Positions 1-13,174 of a stretch of 64,000 nt of DNA are shown one piece after another. This stretch comes from Ruditapes philippinarum (Eukaryota): NCBI RefSeq assembly GCF_026571515.1, contig NW_026853088.1:1-64000 (forward strand). Direction: 5' to 3'. Numbering within the stretch: the stretch's first letter is position 1; the number at the start of each line of letters is the position of its first letter. The notes beneath the pieces were generated by a model that saw only the letters and a program-made list of their open reading frames with translations, made no database searches and was not told where the DNA came from. Both the position numbers and the translations under genes were made by a program.

Positions 1-854
1 AACCAGATGCAATATTGTAAGATGCGTAGCCTTGGGTGAAAACATAATAACTGGTGTTCACGAGTGAAATATATTTCAATCTTGTATATAAAACAACAAA
101 TTTCCTATTTAATTCACGCTTTTTGTAGTGATACAGAGTCAAAAATCATATTCATTTTAACTATTTCTTCATTATTTTTGCATTTTTCATTTCATTTTAA
201 GTGCATCACTTGATCTATGCAAGGATTTCAAATATTATGTATTTGAGCTTTTAAACCTGGCTGGAGATCGATTAAAGGGTTGAAGATTTCAAAACAAAAC
301 TCGTATATAGAAATATGTCAACCGATTTTCTTTGCTCAATGACACATATATTACTCAATGATTTTGTCTCCGTCTGCGGTAATTTCAAATAGCAATCTCA
401 TAAAAAAACAAGTAGAGATTTTGATGCTAAAGCATCAAGTCGCCGGATAGAAATATGATTGTATTATCATAAATAAAAGAACATATCAGTTTAATGGTTC
501 GAGTATAAAGAAAAGAGGAACAATAAGTTGAGTAATGTTTATTCATAAACACGTTTTCATTTAATTGCCACAATTATATCTTTCTTGCTGAGAGTTTTAT
601 GCAAAATATTTATCTTATGTTATAATAAAACATCATATTTGAATCAAACTTGCTTAGCAATTTTGTCAAGAAACTCTTATCATTACAAATGTAATAAATA
701 AGCAAGTATTGTTTGGCAATATTTACCTGTGACTCAATAATTTTCGGGAGCTGTTTCCTTTGCTTACATAACTTATTATGATTAATGTTAACGATTTTAT
801 TGTAAGTATAATTAATAAATAAATAATATAATATAAAACCCGTACAATCGAAGT

Positions 855-3800
855 ATGTCTAGAAAGAGAAACGGGTTTTCACCTGCGTCTAAAAATAGAT
901 CAACAGGTAAATCCATCGCTGACCCACTTACACCGAAAGCGCATCAAGGCAATAACTAGGATACGTCGGGGAAGGTACAAATTCGTATTGCATTATTGAA
1001 TATAAATGGTTTGGTTACAAAAAGAACTAATAAACTTGAATCTGAAGAGTTAAAATCAATTTTTGATAATAATGACATAATTTTATTAACTGAATCATGG
1101 ACAAATGAGTTGTCGGAATTAAACGTGAAAGGTTTTGAATATTTTGTATTGAACAGAACTATGATTAAAAAATCGTGTAAGCGTAATTCTGGAGGTATAA
1201 TTTTGTACATTAGAAATAAACTGTTCTCTCCAGATATGCTTGTGTATCAAAGTAAAGATGACATCTTATGGATCAAGATAAAGTCATGTACGTTGAATAC
1301 CATTGAAGATCTCTACATTGGTTTATGTTATGTCATACCAAATGACAGTAGTAGACAATCACTAGTGAATGACAATATTTTCGATCGTTTGATTGATTCA
1401 TGTATTTTTATAGAAAATGATTCTTCCACGCATTCACATTATTTCCTTTGTGGCGATTATAACGCACGTACCTCAAATTTACCAGATTTTGTTGCATTTG
1501 ATAATATGACACATATAGATATTTTACCTGATGATTATATTATTGATAATGAGTCACCCAGAATATCAAAAGATCACGGTCATGTTAATAATAATGGATT
1601 AGCTTTAATTGATTTTTGTAAACAAACAGGGTTACGAATACTAAATGGTAGATCAGGAAACGATTTGAATATTGGTAATTATACTTTTGTAAATAATCGT
1701 GGTGCTAGTGTTATTGATTATGTATTATGTAAACAAAATTCTTTTAAACATGTTAAAAAATTTAATGTACATGAACCAAATATTTTATCTGATCACTGTC
1801 TTATTGAGTTTGATATTGTGTTTGATAAAAATGTAAATGTTCCTTTGTGTATTGATGAAAATATATCAGATACCGTTAAAATGAAATATGCGTGGAACAA
1901 CGATTTATGTTCAGAGTTTGTTCATCGTTTGAATTGTACTGACGTAAAAGAAAAGATTAATGGATTAAAAGATGATATTTTATTATGTAATGAAGGCAAT
2001 ACTATAAATGATTGTCTGAATAATTTTGAAAATATTATAGATGATGTTGCATCACCTCTATTTAAGAAAAATATAAAAGTTATTAATAATTTAAATAGTT
2101 AGCATAGCGTTAAGACTGATTGCCCTTGGTATAATAATGAATGTGCCGAAAAAAGATATGCATTTTTACGACTTTTAAATTGTTATCGTAATAACCCTTG
2201 TGACGAAAATAGAATTAATATGGTTAAATGTAGATCAGAATATAAAAAATTATTACGTACATGTAGATTTGAATATGATAAGCAGAAAACGTCAAATTTT
2301 GAAAACAATAAACTGAAGAATGCTCGTTTATACTGGAATATGTTAAAAGAGTCTGCAGGGCTTAAACCGGCAGAAATTCCATTATCGAATTTTGAACATT
2401 ATTTTAGAGCTGTAAATAACCCAGCTGATAGATTTTTTGTTCCTGATGATGATATATTAGAGTTTAATAGTAGATATAGAGATGAAGAATTTAAAGTCAT
2501 GTTTCAAGAGTTAAATGTAATAATTACAGAATATGAGATAAAACAAGCAATTAATCAATTAAAACGTAATCGATCTGCAGGCCCAGATTTGCTACTTAAT
2601 GAATTTTTTATATCAGGAAAAGATGTTTTTATTCCTTTATTATGTGTTTTATTTAATAAAATTTTTGAAACTGGATATTTTCCTGATAGATGGCCAGAAG
2701 GATATGTCATTCCGTTACATAAGAAAGGTAGTGTTAATGAAGTAGAAAATTATAGAGGTATCACATTGTTAAGTAGTCTTGGTAAATTATTTTCAAGTGT
2801 AATTAATACAAGGTTAAAAAATTGGGCTGAAAAATATAATGTCTATATTGAAGCTCAGGCGGGTTTTAGATCAAATATGAGTACTATAGATAATGTTTTT
2901 GTTTTAAATGGTTTAATATCGCATTTTATAAATCAAGGAAAACAACTTTTTTGTCTATTTGTTGACTACAGTAAAGCATTTGATTACGTTGTTAGGGAAA
3001 ATCTTTGGTACAAGCTTATTCAGTTAGGGTTAAGAGGGAAAAATTTTAGATGTCATTCAATCTATGTACAAATGTGTAAAATCAAAAGTAAAGTATTTGA
3101 ATAATTTAAGTAATGAATTTACATGTACACTAGGGGTAAGACAAGGTGAATGTTTGTCACCATTTCTTTTTTCTATGTTCTTAAACGACTTAGAAGATAC
3201 ATTTTTAAAAAGTGGTGTTGAAGGAATAGATGTAAATATGTTTAAAGTTTTCTTGTTATTATATGCGGACGATATCGTAATTTTTGCAAACTCAGCAGAA
3301 GAACTTCAACACAATATATGTCTCTTGTATGATTATTGCAATACATGGAAGTTAAAAGTCAATGTATCTAAAACGAAAGTTATGATTTTTAAAAGAGGTG
3401 GTAGACTTCCAAGTGATCTTCAGTTTTATTATGATGGTAATTTGATTGAAATTGTTAATACATTTACATATCTTGGTATTGTATTTACTTGTGGGGGATC
3501 AGTTACAAAAGCACAAACAATGTTAGCTGGACAAGCACAAAAAGCTATTTTTAAACTAAATAAATATTTATATAAATTTACGTATATTAAACCAAGGCAT
3601 AAGCTAAACCTTTTTGATACATTAATTACACCTATATTAAACTACGGTAGTGAGATAATGGGTTTTACGGTTAGCCAAACAATAGAACGGGTACACTTAT
3701 AATTTTGTAAAAAGATTTTGGGAGTTAAAAAAACTACACAAAATGATTTTATTTATGGAGAACTTGGTAGAATATCATTTCATTGTAGACATCTTTTCAA

Positions 3801-5087
3801 TATTGTAAAATTTTGGATGAAAATATTGTGTAGTAATGAAAACAAATATGTTAGTAGAGTTTATAAATTGTTGAAAAGTGATATTGAAAATAACCCAAAT
3901 ATAGTAAACTGGTGTTCGAAATTAAAACAACTTTTATGTTCTTTAGGATTTTATGATGTCTGGTTTCAACAGAGTGTAGGAGATATTGATATGTTTCTAG
4001 CAATTTTAAAGCAACGTTTAAAGGATAATTTTGTTCAAAACTGGCATGAAAGATTACATAACTCTAGTAGAGCTTTATTTTATAGGACAATAGCAAATTT
4101 TGAGTTTCAATCATATCTAGATATTTTTAATGCAAACAAATTGTGCCAGGCTATGGTAAGATTACGAGTTTCCTCTCATAGGCTACAAATAGAGGCTGGA
4201 CGTTGGTCCAGACCTACAAGAACTCCAGTTAATGAACGAAAATGTTTAATTTGTAATGTTTTAGAGGATGAATATCATTTTATAGTAGAATGTTCAATGT
4301 ATACTGAATTAAGGAAACAATTTATTCATAAGAAATACTGGAAACATCCAAATATGGTAAAATTTATTGAATTGTTAAACAATGAAAATGATACAAATAG
4401 AAAGAAACTAGGAATTTTTGTATATAAATCTTTTGAAAAGAGAAATGAAATGCTATACGGTTCAGTTGAGTAATGACTTATTTTTGTTGTAAAGCTACCT
4501 ATATGCATAGTTGTAAAATGTGAATTTAAAACATCGTTCTAGATAAAAAAGACATGTAGAAAATTGATATTTAATGCAATTTTCATGTTTCATGCTTAAA
4601 TTTAATCCATGATTCCCGTCTTGCATTTTATTTCGGTAAGGCTGGTAGTTAAAATGGATGTAATTTGTATGTTCTTGTTATACTATATATATAAATATTG
4701 TTATTATTGTACTAAATTCATGCAAGGGTTATCTTTCCTTTTACGAGAAAGATAACATATTAGTCCATGTATCTCAATGTATATATATATATATACAAAT
4801 TCTGATTGTAATTTAAGGAGAAAATAATGTTTTTCAGATTACTAGTCTTAACAAATTTTTATTAAAGTCATACTTTAAATGATATGAAATGAAATTATTA
4901 AGAATATTAAGCTTTCGTATGTCATGCTTGACCTTCTCCAATGAAAAGTTTATGTAAATCTAATATTAATTTTGTTCGCTGTATTATGCACATAAATCAT
5001 GCTCATTTTGTATTGTACATGTATATATGTATGCTTGTATTGCCATCATGGGCGAATAGCCTTATGGAATAAATGAAATAAACTCTC
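855..5087 (+). mobile_element. Non-LTR retrotransposon (LINE, probably CR1/L2-group), near full-length ORF2 plus 3' UTR
   Basis: APE motifs (LLNINGL, LTESW, GDYNAR, IDYVL, SDH), RT motifs (YRGITLL, QAGFR, FVDYSKAFD, GVRQGECLSP, LLYADD, YLG) and a C-terminal RLRVSSHRL..C..C..EDEYHF..C tail. The 3' end near 5045-5087 (ATGGGC...GCCTTATGG, AATAAA-rich) looks like a LINE tail. No TSD found, so both ends are approximate. Confidence 0.92.
960..4473 (+). pseudogene. Disrupted LINE ORF2 (endonuclease-reverse transcriptase)
   Basis: ORF-track pieces 996-2102, 2220-3104, 3064-3702 and 3718-4473 are collinear. Lesions: in-frame TAG at 2100-2102 (frame continues through PWYNNEC), a +1 A in the run at ~3039-3043 (removal restores RGKILDVIQSMY), and in-frame TAA at 3700-3702. 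Confidence 0.9.
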
Positions 5088-5354
5088 TAATTACATGTAT
5101 AATCATATCAATTAATACTGCTCGATGGCCTAGTGGTAGTAACCTACATGTAGTAGGCGCAAGCTCGAATCTCGGACAAATCCTGTGTGTAGTTTTCATA
5201 AATTGATTTTTATTATATCTTTTAACTTTATGAAACATAAGTTGATAAATCGTGTGTTTCATTTCTAGCACTTTTTTATTTCATAATTTTGATAAACAGT
5301 CAAGTTTTGCAAAATACAAAAAGTATTATAAAAGAAAACATAAAAAATCACTTT

Positions 5355-5486
5355 ATCGAACCTACAGTCTTCAATTTGAAACTAACTTAAAATCTAACAT
5401 CTTGTCATCGAGGCTTGTAAATCGAACCTACAGTCTTCAATTTGAAACTAACTTAAAACCTAACATCTTGTCATCGAGGCTTGTAA
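5355..5486. repeat. 66-bp tandem duplication (2 copies)
   Basis: atcgaacctacagtcttcaatttgaaactaac...gaggcttgtaa occurs twice with 1 mismatch. Confidence 0.9.
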
Positions 5487-6949
5487 AGCAAGTGATATGA
5501 TTATAATTCTATTTTATACATGTACCGTTGAACGTATGGTTTTCTTCAGCATCCGATAATTACCGACAAATTATTACCGATCATCGAATATTTGCAAAGT
5601 GACTATGAAAATATATATGCTTAATTATTGCATAAAACAATGCAATTCTACTGTAAAAGTGGTGTCTGCATAAACAAATTATTCTTATGCACTATCGAAA
5701 AAATATATTATTTAGCTGAAATCAATATGCCTGTCGTTACATACAATAAAGTTAATGTTTAATTGCCTTTCAGTGCGATAAACTATCAACACAAAGATGG
5801 TTTATTAGTTTTCTCTGTGTATCCAATACGATTCCGACCCCTACTGTCATACCGAGATTTTTCATACAAAATTACTTTGATTTGCACTTTATCAGCTGCC
5901 AACCATTCACATATTACCTGTATGTCTATCTTATCAGCCATTTGTTACTATTATAGATTTCATACCAATAACATACAACGTGTAGTCACGTGATTCTGGG
6001 AGAAACTGTTTATAATAAATAAGATAAAAAATAGAATAGGTCTCATAAGATGCAAACAACCAGATAATTTAAAAGTGTCATTTCAAATATCATGCATGAT
6101 TTATTTATCATAAAATAGCAACGCTTGACACTTTAAAAAAAGAAAAAAGCATCCCTACATTCAATGACTGGTCCATAGGGATACGTCATTAATTCATTTT
6201 ATAAATATTGTAACGTTGCTTTTTACGATGTCAGTATTTGAATATTTCATTTCATTTAGCAACATTATTGTATGTTTGAATTTTTGAGATTACCGAAAAC
6301 AATTGTAGTCTTTAATTTTCAGTAATTGTTATGCTTTTATTTACAAAAATTAATGCCTTCTCCTACCATAGGTATAATATTAAACTGTTACAAATTTAGT
6401 CGCCGGTTTCTACCGGCGACTAATAAAAAGAAGGTGCTACAGAGTGTTGCCACATAACAAATTTTGAGAGACAGGAGGGTAGTTGTACTGCGATGAAAAA
6501 TGAAGGGAAGCAACTCCTTTTTAAATGCGCCGCATAACTTGATTATCTCCCTTGTCATACTAACACAATGAAACATTTCAGGCATGTCGTTTTTGAAGAC
6601 ATATATTGAATAATAATAGAACTTTTATTTGAGAGGAATATACAGATATATATACAATGTATGTGGAATATGATCCGTAACATGCCAAAATGTTTCTTCT
6701 ATGTAACCATAGGTAGTCCTTTCTTCCAATAATGCTGATTGTTCTCCACTATATTGTCTAATATCTATGTTCATTCTGTATCTTTTCTTACTTACTTGCA
6801 ACAATGGAGGTATTTTAATACATTGCTATTTTTAGAACAACAAACTCTTTTGCTTGATTTTGGTTTAGAGATTCTACTTCACGTGCAACTTCAGTTTTGT
6901 TTATTTCTTCATTATTGCCCCCAGAAGTAATTCAAGGTATTTTCAGTAT

Positions 6950-7400
6950 CTAATAAACCATTTTCAGTACCTTATCAACCATTTTCAAAACCTAATCAAT
7001 TATTTTCAATACCTTATACTCAATCAAATATTTTCAATGACTGACCTACAATTTTAAATGCCATATCAACCAATGTCAATGCTTTATCAATCATTTTCAA
7101 TGTCTTATCAACCATTTTCAAAACCTAAGCAATTATTTTCAATGCCTAATACCCAATCAACCATTTTGAATGCTTGATCTACAATTTTCAATGCCCTTTG
7201 AACCATTTTCAATACCTGATCAATTATTTTCCATGTCTAATACCTAATCAACCATTTTAAATGCTTCATCTACAATTTTCAATGCCATTTGAAAACAATT
7301 TTAAATGCCTTTTCAACCATTTTCAATACCTTATCAACTATTTTCAATACCTAATCAACTATTTTCAAAACTTTGTCAACCATTTTCAATGCCTTAACAT
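6950..7400. repeat. Degenerate ~21-bp tandem repeat
   Basis: Recurrent ccttatcaaccattttcaat-like units. Confidence 0.75.
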
Positions 7401-8195
7401 TAGGAAACAAAATGAAGGAAACACTATTTGTATTTGACCATGATTTTTAGTTTCTGGTCATATCTCTGCTTGTCGGTCCACCTAATCAGATTTCCTTGAC
7501 AACTAACCAGTATCATCTAAACATGTTAATCAAAACAATGTAAAAGAAGTGTATAAAAAATGTTCCTATCTATAACTGCAATCTCAGATAGAACTTAAAG
7601 GCAGCCACAACAAATGCAAATCTTTCCTAAGCAACCTGGCCTTAAAGTTATAAAACTTTTTTTCCGAAATCTTTCTCGAATCTCAAGATTTTCACTGGTC
7701 AGTGTACATTTTGTGGTAGTTTTTGACCAATCAAATACCTCAGGATCTAAGTTTGAGCTTAAGAGAATTGCCTTCATAACATCCAACCCTGTTCATGTTC
7801 AACCTCCAGTCATTTTGTTTCCCTAGGTGTGTTCATGTCATGGAGAGGCAGGTACAGGGCATTGGCAAATGTGTATGAAGGCAAGTATGCATGTTTCTAA
7901 CGTTGGGTTTTATGATTGAGGTGGCACAACTTAGTTTGTATGAAAATATCTGACGATGTTCTGATTGATGCCGAGGGAAATTGCCCTTAAATGTGAGAGG
8001 GAAATTGCACGGTGGTAAATCATCATCACCTTTGTACTTCAAAATTAACTCTTTTAAGGGCATAGTTAGTAGCATGCCTGTGGTCTGTACTCGACAGTGA
8101 ACCTTCATAAAGCACAGATTACATACATGTTCAACTTAGCTTTGAATACTTTGGGTCTTAAAATAATAAGTTAATTTAATTGGTGTTTCTAAACT

Positions 8196-8201
8196 TTTAT
8201 T
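8196..8201 (-). other. Candidate polyadenylation signal of the nuclear receptor mRNA (would give a ~2.7-kb U-rich 3' UTR)
   Basis: AATAAA on the minus strand where the long T-rich (mRNA sense) stretch downstream of the stop codon ends. Other AATAAA hexamers exist, so this is tentative. Confidence 0.25.
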
Positions 8202-9741
8202 ATTTTCACAGTATATATTTTTCAACAGCACAATATTTCTTTTTTTTCAATTAACATCTCACTTATATGAAAAAAATGCAATATGTTCAATGAAATAAAG
8301 ATGAAATAAAACCCGATACAAATGAGAAAGTGTGACTTAAAATAACAGAATTAGCCGTCACTTTGTAAGTAATACATGTACTTACTATTTATATCAAAGT
8401 AGAAACATTAATCACCAATAGATTTGAATATTTCATGAGTAAAACATGTTCTAAAATGCTGTAAAATATATACAAATTAAATTCTAATATCACAAACATG
8501 GGCGTGAAGCAGTTCAGTTCACCCGTAAAATATTTCACCAATAAAATTTCTCAAAATGTTAAAAAACAATGGACAATATTGTAAAATAATGTTACTATTG
8601 CATGATAAAACTTTAATGAGTACTCCGACTAAAAAAATACAAACAAAAAAGAAACCATATGACCGTATTAAAATGTAAATTTCTTAACATTCATTTGGTG
8701 TGTGTTTTTAAAATTGAGTCTTCAATAAAGAGAATAAACTGCAAAAAATCTCAACAAGATTGAGTCTAAAAATAACCACATATAAATTACATTAAAATTG
8801 GCTTCTTGATTGTCTATATAAAAATTCTAAATGCTATTTTGATCAATAAAAACTCATTTTGGCTTCCAGAAAATAAAAAAAGATCAAAATAACTGATTGA
8901 ACAGCCCTATAAAGTCAGTGACTATATTTCAAAGCAAGATATATTTCTTATCAAGTTAAAAAAAAAAAAATTAATCAAGAAAAATTTTTCTTACTAAAAG
9001 AATGTATATTTTAACAGTACATTTCCAAAACATTTTAAAAGAAAATGTCATGAATTATATATAGTTTGTAAACCGGTAAATAAGGTATCACAAGGTGTTG
9101 TATTCAAATCATTTATACAATTACATAGGGTAAATCGCCTATTTTTTTTTACAGAGAAAAAACCTTTCCAGAGTTCTCAGTTCCTTAGCACTTACATGTA
9201 ACAAATATATATTACAATAATAAAGACATTTTACAGATGAATTAGATGCATTTTACCACCTATGCATTTCATTAGAAAAAGTTTACAACAATATTAAATA
9301 AATATTTTCATTTGACAGATATGAAGAAAGAACCCCGTAAGAACAACCCTTGTCTCTCGTCAAAACAGAATTAATTCTTTCAAGAGAGTTATCATAAGTT
9401 ATTAAAACCACTTAACTATACTGTTAAGAAACATGGGTGCAAATTAAATATCACAAAATTTAAAAACCCTGAATTAAACATAATTTTTACTGGTTTTATA
9501 TAGAAAAAGAAGAGTGCATTTAGGAGAATAAAAAACCTGAACTTCAGGCAAATCTCTGAAAACTTGTAGCCCATGAAGGAATTAACTATTTTTTAATTCT
9601 CTAGAAATTACAAATATTTAAACATTTGAGTGGTTACATATTCATGGCAATATTTGAAATCATTTACTAACACTGAAGATTGTTCATTTTTCAACTATTG
9701 GTGTATATTGATAGACTAAAGGTTTTTTTCTTAAAAGTCTT

Positions 9742-10066
9742 ACAAGAGGGCCATGATTGCCCCTTTATTGCTCACCTACATCATTATTTCATTTACCTAT
9801 CATCTTGTCCATGGCAAGTTAAGAGTATCAAACCCTTAATAAAAAGCTATTTTTTAGCTACACAACACTTGACCCAAGTGACTTTAAAATGAAAATTTTA
9901 TGTTAGAGTGAGCCAACCAGTAGAGAGCCTGGTTAGACTGCATCTCCTTGGATGCTTAGGCTGGCCTGGCTCTACACTGGTGGCAAAGGCTTCAGTCACT
10001 TACCGTTCCAGCAAGGTTAAGGATTTTTAAGTCAACATTTGCACTATGTGCTTAGGTGAGCTAAAA
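9742..10066 (+). mobile_element. Decayed, internally deleted HINE-type element (same termini as 52864-53938) containing a MITE fragment
   Basis: Starts acaagagggccatgattgcccc...gctcacct and ends cttaggtgagctaaaa. About 9890-10020 matches the TTAA-ended MITE family. Confidence 0.6.
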
Positions 10067-10856
10067 ATAGTATTAAAAAATGTCAACATAAAACAATGTA
10101 ATGAATTATCTTTAACAACATAATATAGATAATTTCTAATGAATTTTTTTTTTAACTTTTTTTTCTGTTTTACCTTTAAAAAACATTAACAATTTTCACA
10201 ACTTGCTTCAGAACATGGTACATCATTCATACTTAAAATGATACTATTCAAAACTGTCTTAATAGAAAACAAATGTGGCAAAAAACTTTCATGTTTGAAC
10301 AAGATGACAGTCACTGACATTGACAGATATACCTTTCCCTGACATGCACCTATGAGCAGTCCTTATACATATAATATCTTATCATTTAAACAAAAAAATA
10401 TTTGCCATAAACTGGTTGCTGAGTAAATCTTAAAGAGTCATCACAACTTTACTTTACAAAAGACAGATTATATTAATAGATTCATATTCATATCATGAAA
10501 AGACAAGCATATACATACTAGAATGTACCTCTGCTTTTTATCAATATATATATATTATATAATAGTTCTATAGTCTAAGCACTTGAAAGCTTGACACCGT
10601 GTGTCTTCTTATTAAAGTTTCAACAAGCTTTTCCATACTCTTGATCACAAGTCAATGTCACAGTCTATAATTCTATAAATAGCTACACAGCTCCATGAAA
10701 CATGTCTTTATGATAGTCTGGTATTATGTTAGTGAACATCAAACTTGTGAATAGAAAACAAAACAGCGAGTTTCAAGAGATCTGAACAGTTTGGAAAGCC
10801 CCTTTTCTTCAACTTTTCTTTTTACCCACAATTCATCATGAATACCTAAAAGTTTT

Positions 10857-11116
10857 TTAATTATCTTCTTTAATATCAAAGATTTCTTTGTGGAGTTCCG
10901 GAAATTCTGAAATCACGTTCGCCCGTTGCATTTTCATTCCATTCAAGGCCATCGAATGCTTTCTATTCACGTTTCTAAACACAGGGATTATGCTCATCAG
11001 CCGAGCAAATTTGCTTTCATAGTCATTATGATTATTTCTCATTTCATAATACAGTGACTGTAAGAAAAGTGTGTTCAATTTTTCCACAGCCAGTATATTG
11101 GTCAGTCCCTCGCGTT
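10857..11116 (-). CDS. NR1-family nuclear receptor, last coding exon (LBD helices 9-12, stop TAA)
   Basis: ttacag acceptor, phase 1; (E)REGLTN...FARLMSIIPVFRNVNRKHSMAL...FPELHKEIFDIKEDN*; AF-2-like helix 12. Confidence 0.92.
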
Positions 11117-11487
11117 CTGTAATACACAAGAGTAAAAATGAAATAATACAAATATTATGGAAATATACATCAATACAACATCTTTTCTTCCTGATTTACA
11201 AGCAACAAGAACTCTATTTAACAAATTTCTTTTAAATCTAAAGCAGATAGGAATAGAAAATATGATCACATAACATAATTGCTCATAAAAATGGCATTTC
11301 TTTTAAACTCTTTGTGTATATAATAAAATAAAAAACCCTAATCCAAGATATTTAGTGCAGATTGGACAAGAAAACACTATTAATGGGCGTTTTTACCAAT
11401 CAAGGCATTTATTTAAGGGGCCAAGAATGGGCACAGTATTTCAGACAAGAATGGACACAGAGTAAAACCATAAACTTTCCTAAAGCT

Positions 11488-11590
11488 AATTGGACAACTT
11501 CCTCACATGAAAGAATCCAAATCCTTGGCCAGAATCCAAACACACCATGGTAAGGGGTGTGTGATTTAAAGCCTCCGGACCTTCACCACT
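11488..11590 (-). mobile_element. Decayed fragment of the tRNA-derived SINE family seen at 21659
   Basis: cttcctcacatgaaagaatccaa...aaggggtgtgtgatttaaag...accactgagccg matches the intact copy. Confidence 0.65.
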
Positions 11591-11660
11591 GAGCCGTAGA
11601 GTCTCCATACTGGTAGATAATAAGATAAGAAACAACACCAAGTATTAAAACAAGTCATAC

Positions 11661-11791
11661 CTGGACACATTATAAGGGCAGCAGAAAAGATTCCAATTTC
11701 CTCATCTGTCAATCTGAGTGGGTTCATTTTCTCGGCAACATTAAAGAACTCATCAACAAATGGACCCATTGGCATGTTCTTTATCATCATT
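11661..11791 (-). CDS. NR1-family nuclear receptor, coding exon 7 (LBD helices 6-8)
   Basis: tttcag acceptor, gtatga donor; MMIKNMPMGPFVDEFFNVAEKMNPLRLTDEEIGIFSAALIMCP; 131 nt, phases 2/1 fit the neighbours. Confidence 0.92.
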
Positions 11792-12123
11792 CTGAAATAT
11801 GAAAAAATAAATTAAGGTATCACACTACACACTATCACATTTTAGTTGACAAAAGACTGTCACATTTTATCTGACAACAAAATATCGCATATCAGACTAC
11901 AGGCTGTCATGTCTTTCCTGACAACAAAATCTTGCATATCAGATTACAGGCTGTCACAACTTGACATGTAAGATTACAAAGTGTCAAAAAATTTCATTTT
12001 TAATATTAATGAAAGGAAAATGATAGTGATAAATTTTAACAAAACTTTCATCTATTTCTAAAATTTCTGCAAAGAAAGCATTCAAGTCCTTGAAAAGCAA
12101 ATTGGTATCAAACAGTCACAATT

Positions 12124-12340
12124 TGAGCCGCGTCATGACAAAACCAACATTATGCGTTTGCGACCAGCATGGATCCAGACCAGCATGGATCCAGACCTGT
12201 TCGCTATCAGTTTCTCTACTTGTAATAGAGTTGCTAAGCGAACAGCATGGATCCTGATCAGACTGTGCGGATGCGCAGGCTGGTCTGGGTCCATGCTGGT
12301 CAAAAAACGCATTATGTTGGTTTTGTTGTGACGCGGCTCA
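12124..12340. mobile_element. Palindromic MITE, copy 1 (left arm rearranged)
   Basis: tgagccgcgtcatgacaaaaccaacat...atgttggttttgttgtgacgcggctca; same family as 37963 and 39770. Confidence 0.88.
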
Positions 12341-12405
12341 TTTATCTTTTAATTTCTACCTATAAATTTTGAAAATAAATACATGATTAGCAGGGATAAA
12401 TTTAC

Positions 12406-12547
12406 CTGGGGCATTTCATTTCCATGGGAGGGTCAAACATTTCCTCCTTAACATGGTCTACTAGAAGGCACATACGGCAAAGCAGAATCTCAAATGAACC
12501 TTTCTTAATAAGCACAATTTGGTCATCCTGTTGAATCTCACCAAAAC
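12406..12547 (-). CDS. NR1-family nuclear receptor, coding exon 6 (LBD signature, helices 4-5)
   Basis: ttgcag acceptor, gtaaat donor; (G)FGEIQQDDQIVLIKKGSFEILLCRMCLL...MKCP(R); 142 nt, phases 1/2. Confidence 0.93.
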
Positions 12548-12789
12548 CTGCAAATAATAAACATAATACCATTCTAAATACTAACACATTTTAAGAAATT
12601 TGGGCTTATTAGAATTCATGTCGCTTTATGTTTTTCCATTATATTGGATTAGAATTATTCTGTGAAAGCGTGTGATATACGTTGTCCATCTATCCATCCT
12701 GATGCAGAATAATTGGTTTTCAACTGATTGACCAATTACAGTTGCCTCCCTTGGAATGCAACACAATATTAAGATGATACATTTTTTTC

Positions 12790-13025
12790 TCTCAGACAAT
12801 GGTATCTTGAACAGATAAAATACCCTCCCTCATAGGCACTGATATCTTTTTCAGGTACAATTCCCTTCCTCGTAGAAAATAATTTCTTGAGCTGATACCA
12901 TTCCGTCCCCTACACAATGATATCTTGAGCAGGTACAATTCCCTATGAGCAAATACTATTTCCTCCCCTGTACACAATATCCTGATGAGGTAAAATTTCC
13001 TCTCTATCAATAACAAAACAATATT
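12790..13025. repeat. Degenerate ~45-50-bp tandem repeat in intron
   Basis: Recurrent acaatgatatcttgagcaggtacaattccc-like units. Confidence 0.5.
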
Positions 13026-13065
13026 TTCTAAAAACATAAAATTAGAAAATGGTGAGGAATCTTAC

Positions 13066-13174
13066 CGGGCAGTTTTTTGCAAAACTTGACAGCTTGAGTT
13101 ATTTCAAACACCATATTTTTTATCATCTTTTGCCACATATGAGACGGGCTGATTGACAACTTTGACAGATCAGG
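13066..13174 (-). CDS. NR1-family nuclear receptor, coding exon 5 (LBD helix 3); absent from the ORF track
   Basis: Manual translation: tttcag|PDLSKLSISPSHMWQKMIKNMVFEITQAVKFCKKLP+G|gtaaga; 109 nt, phases 0/1. Completes the F(A/C)KxLPGF signature with the next exon. Confidence 0.92.

Noticed and set aside
7833-8108. 91-aa minus-strand ORF as an extra exon or gene
   Set aside because: Downstream of the receptor stop, with no recognisable domain or convincing splice context.
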